A stretch of 64,000 bases of DNA, from positions 1,824 through 65,823 of the forward strand of contig JAZNYT010000002.1 in NCBI GenBank assembly GCA_045594565.1, in the 5' to 3' direction. Positions 27,398 through 36,626 of the stretch are shown in pieces. This DNA comes from Eubacteriales bacterium. GTDB lineage: Bacteria > Bacillota > Clostridia > Oscillospirales > SIG627. Within the stretch, counting starts at the first letter, position 1, and each line of letters starts with the position of its first letter. The notes beneath the pieces were generated by a model that saw nothing but the letters and a program-made list of their open reading frames with translations, was not told the DNA's origin and ran no database searches. The position numbers and the translations under genes were made by a program.

Positions 27398-27970
27398 ATG
27401 AAAAAAATAACAGTTGTGTTGGTTGCCGTTTTACTTGTCGCATCGGTTATCGCCGCACTTTTTTCAGTAAGCGCCGAATATTCCGATTCCGACCCCCTTG
27501 TTACTCTCAGCTACATAAACGAAACGGTAATACCCAAGATTACAGAAGAAGTCAAGAATGCGGTTCTTGCAATTGTTGACGAGAAATATGCACCCAAACA
27601 GGAAGAACCCGAAAAACCGGAAGAGCCGGAAGTACCTGCAGAGCCGGAGGTGCCGACTGCTACAGCAGAAGAACTGGAAAGCCTCAGGTATGCAGTTGTA
27701 TTTCTGCAAAAAGGGCAAAAGCTTATGGCAACGGGTGCCGAAACCTCCTCTCTTGAGGTAATTCTCAGAGCAGGAAGCGTCGTAGCGGTATCTCCCTTCG
27801 ACGACCAAGGAATAGCCGACCTTACCTCCTCCAAGGAGCTTTATAATAACGACCCCCTTGTAAAGAACGACTATTGTATCATTCCGAGAGGAAGTGACGG
27901 TAGGGGCATATTTGCCGAAAACGGCGATGCCTACATTCTGGTGAGAGGAGAGTATGAAATTGTTCAATAA
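27398..27970 (+). CDS. hypothetical secreted/anchored protein with a Pro/Glu-rich linker
   Basis: Signal/anchor MKKITVVLVAVLLVASVIAALFSVSA, and an EEPEKPEEPEVPAEPEVP linker. I did not recognise any family. Confidence 0.6.
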   Translation: MKKITVVLVAVLLVASVIAALFSVSAEYSDSDPLVTLSYINETVIPKITEEVKNAVLAIVDEKYAPKQEEPEKPEEPEVPAEPEVPTATAEELESLRYAVVFLQKGQKLMATGAETSSLEVILRAGSVVAVSPFDDQGIADLTSSKELYNNDPLVKNDYCIIPRGSDGRGIFAENGDAYILVRGEYEIVQ

Positions 27971-30065
27971 CAACAAAGCCAAGAAGATGATTCGTGTAAT
28001 AGCCCTTATACTTGCAGCGCTTATGGTGCTTGGTATGGCGGTTATTGCTTTGGAAGCATTGGCAGAAGACGAAATTTCAACAACAGAAACTGTTGAACAG
28101 ACCGTTAGCGGAGAGGAAATCTCCGCTGACGAGTCGGACGTCACCGAAACACCCGAAACAACACAACCCGAGGAAGAAGAGACAGAAAAGACCGTTATTC
28201 CTGAACTTCCGTCGGGTTATTCTTATCTTACCGACCCATCTCTCACACCCAGAAACTTAAACGGTCTCGTTCCTCACCTTGATACTGTGACTCACTCCGT
28301 AAGAGTGGGAATATACTACATCTACGGCTCCAATAATTGCCTTGCATTCAGCCACAATATTTCCTCCGATAAAGGACTCGTTTTTTATACTACAATGAAT
28401 GACGAGTATATTTTCTATAAGACAAGCGAAAAAGGCGTTACGGTTATGCGTGATTTCTCTGCCGCTAAAAATTCTGCCGACAGATATTATCACACCACCA
28501 GCGGAAATACACATATTATATATCACTGCATCACAAAGGAAAGCGTTGCTCTTGACAAGGTTGACGAAACCATCGAGGTCTTTCGCTCGAAGCTTCCCGA
28601 AAACACTGTGATATTTCCTCTTTACGTCGACGGTAAAGCCTATATTGGCGTTGGCACCTATAAGGATAAAGCTGCATCAGAAGCCGATTGCCCTAATATG
28701 CAGAGCCTTCTCGGTGTCGAGTTTGTGCCCCGTACCCCCAACAATTCTTCTGTCAGCGTAGTGGAGACCGTAAGCGGAAAGATACTTTTTAAGATTGATA
28801 CAACAAGCCACCCCCTTTACGTGCGACCCATTCAGGACGGCAAAGAAGAGAGATATATCAAAAGTGCGGTAGGAAATATTTTCGACGGCACCTTCGAATA
28901 TAAGACTACCATCGACGGACTGTATCTCGTAAATATTCTTGATATTGAAGACTATATAAAGAGCGTTTTACCTTATGAGATTTCGGCATCCTGGCCCGAG
29001 GAAACCCTCAAAGCCTTTTCGATAGTTGTCCGCTCCTATACCCTCGCCATGCAGTACAAAAATCATCGCAAGCAGGACTTCGATATGTGCGACGAAACAC
29101 ACTGTCAGGCATACCGCGGAAGACTCCGTTCAACCGATAAGACGGATGCGGCAGTGGTCGCAACCAATAATATAGTACTAGCCTATGACTCCAAGATATG
29201 CGAAGCCTTCTATCATGCAATTTCGGGCGGTGTTACCGAATCTGCCGAGCTCGTGTGGGGGGGCAAAGGCTATGACTATCTCGTATCACAAGCTATTCCC
29301 GATGAAAAATACGAGAATTATACCAACGGCATATGGAAATTTGAGGTATCCGAAAAGGAGCTTTTCGATTATCTTGCGTCAAACTCAACCGTGTCAAAAT
29401 ACGTTAAGCACCCTATAACCTCGGTAAGAATATCGAAATATACCGATGCAGGTTACGCATACGAGCTTGAAATCGTTGACGAAAGCGGAACTGTTTCCAC
29501 CTTCACTAAATGTGATAACGTAAGAACTATTCTTTCAAAATACTGTAAATCCGCCAGACTCACCATAGGTAAATCTACAGGAGTCAAGGTGAACGACGGA
29601 GAAAGCGTTGTGATTGACCCCTTAAACGTAATTGCTACCGATAAGGACGGAAACCCTGTCCGCTATACTGCCCCCGTGGGAGACGGCGGAAAGGGTAAGA
29701 CGGTTATCAGCGGAAAGGGCGAAATCAGCGAGCTTAAATCGGATAACAACAACTACGTTATATCGGGTACAGGCTGGGGACACGGTGTAGGACTCAGTCA
29801 GTACGGTGCAAGAGATATGGCGAATAACGGATATAAATGGCAGGAAATTGCCCTCTATTTCTTCCCGAAATCCTATCTTGCACATCTGTCCGACCTCTCA
29901 ACTCCCATAGAGGACATAAATGCTCCTGTTGTTCCCGAACCCGAACCCGAGCCGACTCCCGAACCTGAACCGGAGCCCGAACCCGAGCAAGATCCCGAAG
30001 AGGAAGATGAGGAAAAGCCTGTTCTCCCTGAAAAAGAACCCTTCAAGCCTATTAAAATTGTATAA
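27954..30065 (+). CDS. SpoIID/LytB-domain protein (703 aa) with an uncharacterised N-terminal domain and a C-terminal PE repeat
   Basis: SpoIID motifs SWPEETLKAFSIVVRSYTL, CDETHCQAYRG, FYHAISGGVTESAELVWG and GWGHGVGLSQYGA. N-terminal TM anchor. Tail is PEPEPEPTPEPEPEPEPEQDPEEEDEE. Confidence 0.85.
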   Translation: MKLFNNNKAKKMIRVIALILAALMVLGMAVIALEALAEDEISTTETVEQTVSGEEISADESDVTETPETTQPEEEETEKTVIPELPSGYSYLTDPSLTPRNLNGLVPHLDTVTHSVRVGIYYIYGSNNCLAFSHNISSDKGLVFYTTMNDEYIFYKTSEKGVTVMRDFSAAKNSADRYYHTTSGNTHIIYHCITKESVALDKVDETIEVFRSKLPENTVIFPLYVDGKAYIGVGTYKDKAASEADCPNMQSLLGVEFVPRTPNNSSVSVVETVSGKILFKIDTTSHPLYVRPIQDGKEERYIKSAVGNIFDGTFEYKTTIDGLYLVNILDIEDYIKSVLPYEISASWPEETLKAFSIVVRSYTLAMQYKNHRKQDFDMCDETHCQAYRGRLRSTDKTDAAVVATNNIVLAYDSKICEAFYHAISGGVTESAELVWGGKGYDYLVSQAIPDEKYENYTNGIWKFEVSEKELFDYLASNSTVSKYVKHPITSVRISKYTDAGYAYELEIVDESGTVSTFTKCDNVRTILSKYCKSARLTIGKSTGVKVNDGESVVIDPLNVIATDKDGNPVRYTAPVGDGGKGKTVISGKGEISELKSDNNNYVISGTGWGHGVGLSQYGARDMANNGYKWQEIALYFFPKSYLAHLSDLSTPIEDINAPVVPEPEPEPTPEPEPEPEPEQDPEEEDEEKPVLPEKEPFKPIKIV

Positions 30066-30067
30066 AC

Positions 30068-30098
30068 AAAAAAAGAGAGACTCGTCTCTCTTTTTTGT
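30068..30098. terminator. bidirectional rho-independent terminator
   Basis: AAAAAGAGAGAC..GTCTCTCTTTTTT palindrome flanked by A and T runs. Confidence 0.75.
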
Positions 30099-30102
30099 TT
30101 GT

Positions 30103-30642
30103 TTATTTATTTTTTAGCTTATACCAGACCTTCATAACAAGGCTTTGAGTTTTTCCGTCGTCAATTTCTCCCGTCATTACCATTTCCACCGCTTTTTCGA
30201 GGGGGATTTTCACAACGTCAAGGAATTCATCCTCATCGGGATTTGACTCTCCTGCGTGAAGTCCCGTTGCCATATAGAGCCTTATGTTCTCGTCGGAGAA
30301 GCCTGCAGTAGAAATAAAGTCACCCATATATTCTATGCAGTCAGCGGTGCATCCCGTCTCCTCTTTCAGCTCTCTTACCGCACAAAGATATGGGTCCTCG
30401 TCCTTGGTATCAAGCTTTCCTGCAGGAAGCTCCAGAAGCTCACGTCCGAGAGCGTATCGGAATTGCCTTACCATTATAAGCTCATTTTTATCCGTAAGGG
30501 GAGCAACACAGGCAGCCCCCTTGTGTCTTACAACGTCTCTTGTGGCTATAGCGCCGTTTTCAAGCTCTACAGTATCAAGATATACCTTAACAACGTATCC
30601 GTCGAATTTTAGTTCACTTTTTATTTGCTTTTCCGTATGCAT
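30103..30642 (-). CDS. NUDIX hydrolase (ADP-ribose pyrophosphatase-like)
   Basis: Nudix box GKLDTKDEDPYLCAVRELKEETG, with a NudF-like N-terminal domain. Confidence 0.85.
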   Translation of the reverse strand: MHTEKQIKSELKFDGYVVKVYLDTVELENGAIATRDVVRHKGAACVAPLTDKNELIMVRQFRYALGRELLELPAGKLDTKDEDPYLCAVRELKEETGCTADCIEYMGDFISTAGFSDENIRLYMATGLHAGESNPDEDEFLDVVKIPLEKAVEMVMTGEIDDGKTQSLVMKVWYKLKNK

Positions 30643-30650
30643 TTTACACC

Positions 30651-31853
30651 TCAGAAGCTTATAATTTCGTTGTAGGTTTCAATGGCAAAGTTGTCCGTCA
30701 TACCTGCAATGTAAGTTATTATTGCTTTTTTGTAGTCGTATTCTTTTTCTATATCGAAGATGACCCTGTTCTGATAGGTTTCGCTCTTCATGTCTGTAAA
30801 TCTTAATAGCCATGACTTGAAGCCTTCACCTGTTTTAGGGTATATTTTCTCAAGTCTTTCAAGCTCGCTTATTGTGTCCTTGCCCTTGAAGCATTCGGAA
30901 AGCACTTCGTATATCTGGGATATGATGAGCTCGAAATATTTATCCGAATATTCCACTCTGCGGCATCTGTATATGTTCTTAAGATTAAAACGGTTTACTA
31001 CGTCCATAGCCTTTTTGATTTCCGGCGAGAAGGAAATACCCCGCTCGGGAGATGAATTTTCACAAACGTCGGAGATGAATCTGTTTATAAGAATGGTGTT
31101 GTTTATCTTCTCCCCAAGTATCTCGCGAAGCTCCCCTTGAAGCTCGTCTAGCTTTTCGGGTAGTAGTATTCCAAGTCCCATAGCATCGTTTATATCTCGT
31201 CCTATATATGAGATTTTGTCCGAAATCTTCACAACGCATCCCTCGTATGTAAAGGGCTGGAACTGGGCAGGGAAGGTGTAGCACTTTTCAAGGTCGAGAA
31301 ATTCCTCTCTCGGTATAATTCCGTCGTCACTGACCTCACCGCAGTGAGATATGATTCCGTCACGTACTCCATAGGTTAGGTTAAGATTCCTCTTGCATTT
31401 CTCGTAGTCCTCAAGAAGCTCTGTGGCATCAACCGTCCAGAGACCGTTTCTTTCATGCCAGAATTTTTCGCCTATTTCCTTTTCGGCAATCTTTGATAAG
31501 AACTTCTCACCCTTATGCCCGAAAGGAGCGTGACCAAGGTCGTGGGCAACCGATATCGCACGGGTAAGCTCTGTGTTGAGGCCGAGAAACTTCGCAATGG
31601 TATAGCTTATGGACTCAACGTGATTTACGTGTTCTATTCGAGTGCATATATGGTCGCTTTGAGGAGAAAAGAAAACCTGAGTTTTGGTTTTAAGCCTTCT
31701 GTAAGCGGAAGAATGTATAATTCTGGTGTAGTCCCTCAAAAACTCACTTCTCATATCTCCGTCCTGATGATAAATAGGAGTCTCTCGGGTTATTATTTCT
31801 TTCCATTTAGGGTTTTTCGTGCCTGCCGCATAGGGCTTTAATATATCCTTCAT
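30651..31853 (-). CDS. HD-domain dNTP triphosphohydrolase-like protein (dGTPase family)
   Basis: FLRDYTRIIHSSAYRRLKTKTQVF, TRIEHVNHV and VAHDLGHAPFGH. Confidence 0.85.
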   Translation of the reverse strand: MKDILKPYAAGTKNPKWKEIITRETPIYHQDGDMRSEFLRDYTRIIHSSAYRRLKTKTQVFFSPQSDHICTRIEHVNHVESISYTIAKFLGLNTELTRAISVAHDLGHAPFGHKGEKFLSKIAEKEIGEKFWHERNGLWTVDATELLEDYEKCKRNLNLTYGVRDGIISHCGEVSDDGIIPREEFLDLEKCYTFPAQFQPFTYEGCVVKISDKISYIGRDINDAMGLGILLPEKLDELQGELREILGEKINNTILINRFISDVCENSSPERGISFSPEIKKAMDVVNRFNLKNIYRCRRVEYSDKYFELIISQIYEVLSECFKGKDTISELERLEKIYPKTGEGFKSWLLRFTDMKSETYQNRVIFDIEKEYDYKKAIITYIAGMTDNFAIETYNEIISF

Positions 31854-31900
31854 ATTTACACTCCCTTCTCAAGAAGAATTATAGCAGATTTTTCCTCATA

Positions 31901-32185
31901 TTACAACAGTTTTTTTGGCCTGACAGTACAGGTGCAAGCGGATTTTATAAGAATTGTATCGCTTCCTATCCTCACTATGTCGTCATAAGCAAATTTTTTT
32001 ATTTCCCTCGTTCTCGAAAAAGGCGTTTTACAGGGTACCGGCACGCAAAGAAACCTTATTATACCGCACTCCGCATCTATTTCGCCGTCGGTGACAAAGC
32101 CAAGCCTTTCTCCTGTTGCCGTATTTATTACTTCTTTCGAAAAAAGCTCACTTATTGTGAGACATCTCGCAGTTATTTCTCCCAT
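31901..32185 (-). CDS. ymxH: YlmC/YmxH family sporulation protein (PRC-barrel)
   Basis: ISELFSKEVINTATGERLGFVTDGEID pattern. Start at ATG 32185, 5 nt after GGAGG. Confidence 0.8.
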   Translation of the reverse strand: MGEITARCLTISELFSKEVINTATGERLGFVTDGEIDAECGIIRFLCVPVPCKTPFSRTREIKKFAYDDIVRIGSDTILIKSACTCTVRPKKLL

Positions 32186-32201
32186 AACAGCCTCCAAATT
32201 T

Positions 32202-32924
32202 TCAGAAAATACCGCTCTCTTTAATTATATTGCGTTTAAGCTCTTTTATGATTCTTTTTTCAAGCCTTGATATGTAGGACTGTGAGATACCCATGGTGTC
32301 TGCAAGCTCCTTTTGAGTTAGCTCTCTTTTTCCGTAGAGCCCGAAGCGCTTTACTATTATCTCTCGGTCTCTGTCGTTTAGCCTTTCTATAGCACGGTGA
32401 ATTATCATCCGCTCTTCTTCTGCCTCGAGTCCCTTTTGCACCTCGTCTGAATCCGACCCGAGTATATCTCCGAGAAGTAGCTCGTTTCCGTCGGAGTCGG
32501 TGTTCAGTGGCTCATCTATGGAAACCTCCATTTTAAGAGGAGTGGTCTTTCTTATAAACATAAGTATCTCGTTCTCGATACATTTTGAGGCGTAGGTAGC
32601 AATTTTGATATTCTTCGTGGGATTGAAGGTGTTGATGGCTTTAACAAGACCTATGGTTCCTATCGAAACCAGATCGTCGCTTCCGATTCCCGTTGATTCA
32701 AATTTCTTCGATATGTATACTACAAGCCTCAAATTGTGCGCTATCAGCGTGTCGCGACACCTTTGCACTCTTTCCTTGTCCTCACAGATAAGACCCTCCA
32801 TTACCTCTCTTTCTTCCTCTGCCGACAGTGGAGGCGGAAGAGTACCTACAGAATTTACGTAGTAGCTCTCGTTTTTGAAAAGAGACTTTATAAAGGCTTT
32901 TATTTTATTTAACAAATTCTTCAT
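32202..32924 (-). CDS. sigE: RNA polymerase sporulation sigma factor SigE (pro-sigma-E)
   Basis: Pro-sequence followed by PPPLSAEEE, NLRLVVYISKKF, IGTIGLVKAINTF, ATYASKCIENEILMFIR and ISQSYISRLEKR. The start overlaps the spoIIGA stop. Confidence 0.95.
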   Translation of the reverse strand: MKNLLNKIKAFIKSLFKNESYYVNSVGTLPPPLSAEEEREVMEGLICEDKERVQRCRDTLIAHNLRLVVYISKKFESTGIGSDDLVSIGTIGLVKAINTFNPTKNIKIATYASKCIENEILMFIRKTTPLKMEVSIDEPLNTDSDGNELLLGDILGSDSDEVQKGLEAEEERMIIHRAIERLNDRDREIIVKRFGLYGKRELTQKELADTMGISQSYISRLEKRIIKELKRNIIKESGIF

Positions 32925-33694
32925 ACCACTCCCACTATACCGTCGTATCCTCCAAACTCACAGTCGGTGAGGTCGGGTACTACGATAAACTCCTTTTTGT
33001 TGTATTTGTTTATGTTGAAATTAAGTCCGTCGGGTATAAACCCATATTTTATCCCACTTCCCGAAGCCGTTTTTATGGGTATTGCAAATATCTTTTCTCG
33101 CTTTAGAAAAACATCCATTCCACCCGTTATTTCTCTAATGCTCTTTTCTTTTACGAAAATTAATCTCCGCCCCGTTGTGAGTTCTCTTGCCAGATTTCCG
33201 CTGTCTACCATAAGACACACTCTTTTCTTTTTGTTTCGATGCTCCAGCGTTGCGGTAACGGAGGTTGTAAGAAGCTTTTTCTTGATAAGCACCTCGTATA
33301 CTTTTTCACCGCTTGATACTAAAAAAACACTCAATAAAATCACTGCCCCGAATCTTATTCCGCTTTTCGGAAGAAAGGAAAAAAGCGAGGAAAGCGCACT
33401 TATAACACCTCCCATAAGTGCCTCAAGAAGAAGGAAAACAATAATACCCCCAAATAGCTTTTTTCTTCCCACCGCAACAAATACCATAAAACACGCGGCA
33501 GGAATATTGAGAAGGCTTATCATCGGAAAGAGCAGAAACAAAATAGCCCACACCCCGCCAAGGGAAGCCCCCACAAAGAGCCTTGTGAGGGAGAGTGGAA
33601 GGGAGAGAATTTTTTTAGTTATGTAAAGACATAAAAAATCCACCGCAAAATTCAGAAAGAAAAACACGTCAACGTATATTATCACCACCCCCAC
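32921..33694 (-). CDS. spoIIGA: sigma-E processing peptidase SpoIIGA
   Basis: IIYVDVFFFLNFAVDFLCLY N-terminus, five TM helices, and the aspartic protease motif MVDSGN. The start codon is ambiguous among GTGs at 33694, 33688 and 33685. Confidence 0.9.
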   Translation of the reverse strand: MGVVIIYVDVFFFLNFAVDFLCLYITKKILSLPLSLTRLFVGASLGGVWAILFLLFPMISLLNIPAACFMVFVAVGRKKLFGGIIVFLLLEALMGGVISALSSLFSFLPKSGIRFGAVILLSVFLVSSGEKVYEVLIKKKLLTTSVTATLEHRNKKKRVCLMVDSGNLARELTTGRRLIFVKEKSIREITGGMDVFLKREKIFAIPIKTASGSGIKYGFIPDGLNFNINKYNKKEFIVVPDLTDCEFGGYDGIVGVV

Positions 33695-33742
33695 GAAAAA
33701 AAGTATAATTCATACCTGTGGGAGTATTTTGTCATTTTGTGA

Positions 33743-33772
33743 AATAAAAATCTGCTGTATTTCTACAGCAGA
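33743..33772 (-). terminator. rho-independent terminator after the MutT-like gene
   Basis: Stem TCTGCTGTA/TACAGCAGA overlapping the stop codon, with a T-run on the minus strand. Confidence 0.7.
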
Positions 33773-34242
33773 TAGTTTTCATTATTTAATTTTGCTTCAA
33801 CAAGAGTGTCCCCCTCGTACACCAGCTTCATCGAAAAGAAGGGCACGTCCTTTACCATAAGGTCGAGGAAAAGCTTGTCTCCCTCCCACAAGGGAAGAGA
33901 GGTGATTTTATCCTTGTCCACCCATTCAAGCACACCCTCGTCGCACTCTTTTATCTCACCCTTAAACTCTTTTCCTACAAAGAGATGCATGTATTCTGTT
34001 TCCCATTTATCCGATACAAAGGTGATAATGCCCTTGTATTCAAAGGCGGTAAGGGTCAGCCCCGTTTCCTCAAGGGTCTCTCTTATAACACATTCCTCCG
34101 GCGTTTCCTTGTCCTCAAACTTTCCGCCTACGCCGATCCATTTATCTTGATTTAAGTCGTTTTCTTTTTTTGTCCTGTGAAGCATTAAGTATTTTCCGTC
34201 TTTTTCTATATAACAAAGAGTTGTATTTCTCATTTTTTTCAC
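33763..34242 (-). CDS. NUDIX hydrolase (MutT / 8-oxo-dGTP diphosphatase-like)
   Basis: Nudix box GVGGKFEDKETPEECVIRETLEETG. Confidence 0.85.
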   Translation of the reverse strand: MKKMRNTTLCYIEKDGKYLMLHRTKKENDLNQDKWIGVGGKFEDKETPEECVIRETLEETGLTLTAFEYKGIITFVSDKWETEYMHLFVGKEFKGEIKECDEGVLEWVDKDKITSLPLWEGDKLFLDLMVKDVPFFSMKLVYEGDTLVEAKLNNENYLL

Positions 34243-34312
34243 CTCTACACTATTTTAACATATTTACCGTATTTTTCAATAGCAAAATATTACGAAATAT
34301 AGTAAACACATA

Positions 34313-34340
34313 TTGACAAATTACGAAAAAGCGTTATAAT
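34313..34340 (+). promoter_or_regulatory. sigma-A type promoter of dinB with a possible degenerate LexA (Cheo-like) box
   Basis: TTGACA (34313-34318), 16-nt spacer, TATAAT (34335-34340). GAAAAAGCGTTA (34325-34336) matches GAAC-N4-GTTC at 6 of 8 positions. Confidence 0.45.
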
Positions 34341-34361
34341 TATATAGAAAGCAGGTGTGAA

Positions 34362-35657
34362 ATGAGCATTTTTTACGATATTGAGGAATACGAAGAATAT
34401 TATAGGTCGAGAGATAAAAAAGGCGGACGTGTGATACTTCACTCCGACTTGAATAATTTTTTTGCGTCCGTTGAAACTCTTTTTTCAAAAGAGCTTAAAC
34501 AGGTCCCTCTTGCTATTTGCGGAGACAAGGAAGCAAGACACGGCATAGTACTTGCCAAAAACGAGCTTGCCAAGAAGTACGGCGTTAAAACGGGAGATAC
34601 AATATCTCTTGCCTTGAAAAAATGCCCCTTTCTCGTTACCCGCCCCTGCAGATACGAGGAATACGTAAAGGAGTCAAGACGAGTCCGTGAAATTTATCTT
34701 TCCTTTGCCACCCGTGTGGAATCCTTTGGAATAGACGAAGCGTGGCTTGACGTAACCGACCTTGCGGAAAGAGAGAAGGATGAGGATATTTTTTCTTCCG
34801 GTGAAAGAATTGCACATAAATTACGGGAGAGAGTAAAAGCCGAAACGGGTCTTACGGTGTCGGTGGGAGTCAGCTTCAACAAAACCTTTTCAAAGCTTGC
34901 CTCCGATATGAAAAAGCCCGATGCCGTAACCGTCATATCCTTTAAAGATTACAGAGAAAAGGTGTGGGGACTCCCTGTCGAAAGCTTACTTTTTGTAGGA
35001 CGTCGCACGAAAGAGGAGCTGAAAAAATTCAAGATAGAAACAGTGGGTGACCTCGCCCGACAGAAAAGAATACTTCTCAAAAACGAGCTTGGCAAAAGCG
35101 GTGAGCTTTTATGGGATAGGGCAAACGGATTCGATTTGTCTCCCGTTGAGTACTATCATAAAATTACCCCTACAAAATCAGTGTCCGTAAGCACTACAAT
35201 GCCCTACGACGCTACAAGCTTCGAGGAGGCGAATTCTGTAATTTCCACTATATCCGACGGTATCTCCGAGGAATTGAGGCACAGAAACACCAAGGGAGGG
35301 GTAGTGAAGCTTTTTGTGAAGTTTTCCGATTTGTCATCCTTTGTAAGGCAGGAAAAGCTGCCGGAGAGAACTTATTCTTCCCTTGATATTTACATCGCCG
35401 CCACCTCACTTTTCAAGGAGAACGTTGATTTCTCAAGACCCGTTCGTGCACTTGGTGTCGGGGTAGAGGATTTTGCCGAAATGAGCGATGAACAAATGAG
35501 CATATTTTCAGGGGATACCGATAGCACTCTTGACAGAGTACTTGATAAAGCGAGAGAAAAATTCGGTGACAGAATAATACAAAGAGCAAGCGTTATGAAA
35601 AATTCACGGCTTTCGGAGTTTGATAAAAAGCACGTTTGCTTTAATGCGGGACTGTAA
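34362..35657 (+). CDS. dinB: DNA polymerase IV (Y-family)
   Basis: ILHSDLNNFFASVE, SIDEAWLDVT-like (GIDEAWLDVT), and GVSFNKTFSKLASDMKKPD. Confidence 0.9.
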   Translation: MSIFYDIEEYEEYYRSRDKKGGRVILHSDLNNFFASVETLFSKELKQVPLAICGDKEARHGIVLAKNELAKKYGVKTGDTISLALKKCPFLVTRPCRYEEYVKESRRVREIYLSFATRVESFGIDEAWLDVTDLAEREKDEDIFSSGERIAHKLRERVKAETGLTVSVGVSFNKTFSKLASDMKKPDAVTVISFKDYREKVWGLPVESLLFVGRRTKEELKKFKIETVGDLARQKRILLKNELGKSGELLWDRANGFDLSPVEYYHKITPTKSVSVSTTMPYDATSFEEANSVISTISDGISEELRHRNTKGGVVKLFVKFSDLSSFVRQEKLPERTYSSLDIYIAATSLFKENVDFSRPVRALGVGVEDFAEMSDEQMSIFSGDTDSTLDRVLDKAREKFGDRIIQRASVMKNSRLSEFDKKHVCFNAGL

Positions 35658-35681
35658 AAAGTTTTTTTACAGTCCTTTTTT
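35649..35681 (+). terminator. rho-independent terminator after dinB
   Basis: GGACTGTAAAAA/TTTTTACAGTCC stem including the dinB stop codon, then a T-run. Confidence 0.75.
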
Positions 35682-35682
35682 G

Positions 35683-35710
35683 TCATAATCGCAACTCCCT
35701 CACATAGCAT
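35683..35710 (+). promoter_or_regulatory. candidate sigma-E promoter of the spoIIIA operon
   Basis: TCATAAT, 13 nt, CATAGCAT, against the remembered consensus ZHATAXX-14-CATACAHT. It lies 20 nt upstream of the spoIIIAA ATG. Confidence 0.45.
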
Positions 35711-35729
35711 TATAAAAAAGGAGAGTCGA

Positions 35730-36626
35730 ATGGAGAGAATATATCATTACCTTCCCGAAAAAGTTACTTTTGCACTAAAAGCTCTTCCGCCGGAGCTGAA
35801 AAAAGAGGTTACCGAAATAAGACTGAGGAAAAATGCCCGCGCATCACTTTCCACTTATTCCAAAAACCTGTTTTTAAAAGAGGACGGAAGAGTAACGAAT
35901 AAGATAAAAGAGGGTATGGTTTGTGATACAAAGGATATTTCTCTTACGGTAAACCGTTTTTGTCAAGGCTCGGTTTACAGATATATGTCTACTATAAATT
36001 CGGGCTTTATCGTCACCTGTGACGGAGTGAGAGTGGGAGTTTGCGGTGAGGGAATATACGACGGGGGAAGGATAAATTCGGTGTCCTCCTTTTCTTCGGT
36101 AAACATAAGACTCTCCCGTGAAATAGACAATGCAGGGGATAGTATTTCAAAATATATATCAACTCATAAAAATGCGTCCGTGCTGATAGTTTCGCCTCCC
36201 GGTTACGGAAAAACCACCGTCATAAGGTCGGTGGCAAAGGCGTTGAGCGTGGGGAAATTTTCCGCTCCTTTAAGAGTGAGCGTAATCGACGAAAGAGGAG
36301 AGATACTTCCATCGGAAAGCGACGGACTCATAGATCGATTCCTCGGCTACTCCAAGCCCGACGGAATAGAAATCGCGGTAAGGCTTTTTTCTCCGGAATA
36401 CGTTATATGCGACGAAATAGGGCTTTCCGACGACACGGTGGCGCTCCTTTCTGTGCAGAACAGTGGAGTTCCCTTTGTTGCTACAACTCACGGAAGAAAT
36501 CTTTTTGATGCATTGAAGCGCCCTAATATCAAAGAGCTAGTAGAGCACGGGATATTTGACACCTTCGTGAGAATAGAAAAAAGTGAAACGGGGTCGGTAT
36601 GCATATTTGAGGAGGCAGAAAAATGA
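35730..36626 (+). CDS. spoIIIAA: stage III sporulation protein AA (ATPase)
   Basis: Walker A SPPGYGKTT, Walker B VICDEIG, and first position in the eight-gene operon. Confidence 0.9.
   Translation: MERIYHYLPEKVTFALKALPPELKKEVTEIRLRKNARASLSTYSKNLFLKEDGRVTNKIKEGMVCDTKDISLTVNRFCQGSVYRYMSTINSGFIVTCDGVRVGVCGEGIYDGGRINSVSSFSSVNIRLSREIDNAGDSISKYISTHKNASVLIVSPPGYGKTTVIRSVAKALSVGKFSAPLRVSVIDERGEILPSESDGLIDRFLGYSKPDGIEIAVRLFSPEYVICDEIGLSDDTVALLSVQNSGVPFVATTHGRNLFDALKRPNIKELVEHGIFDTFVRIEKSETGSVCIFEEAEK

Noticed and set aside
29925-30010. Short periodic DNA repeats (GAACCCGAACCCGAGCC... here, a similar one at 27590-27660, and CCTTCAACA x3 at 3291-3317) that could be mistaken for CRISPR or minisatellites.
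   Set aside because: All are in-frame low-complexity linkers (PEPEPE, EEPEKPEEPEVP, PSTPSTPST) inside secreted proteins. The units are 6-9 bp with no spacers.
33695-33745. A spoIIG-type promoter upstream of spoIIGA. On the minus strand, ATGACA and TATACT are separated by 22 nt, recalling the unusual Spo0A-dependent spoIIG promoter spacing of B. subtilis.
   Set aside because: The -10-like hexamer ends only 7 nt before the first possible GTG start, leaving no room for a leader or RBS. The 0A-box match is weak. I cannot support it as a feature.
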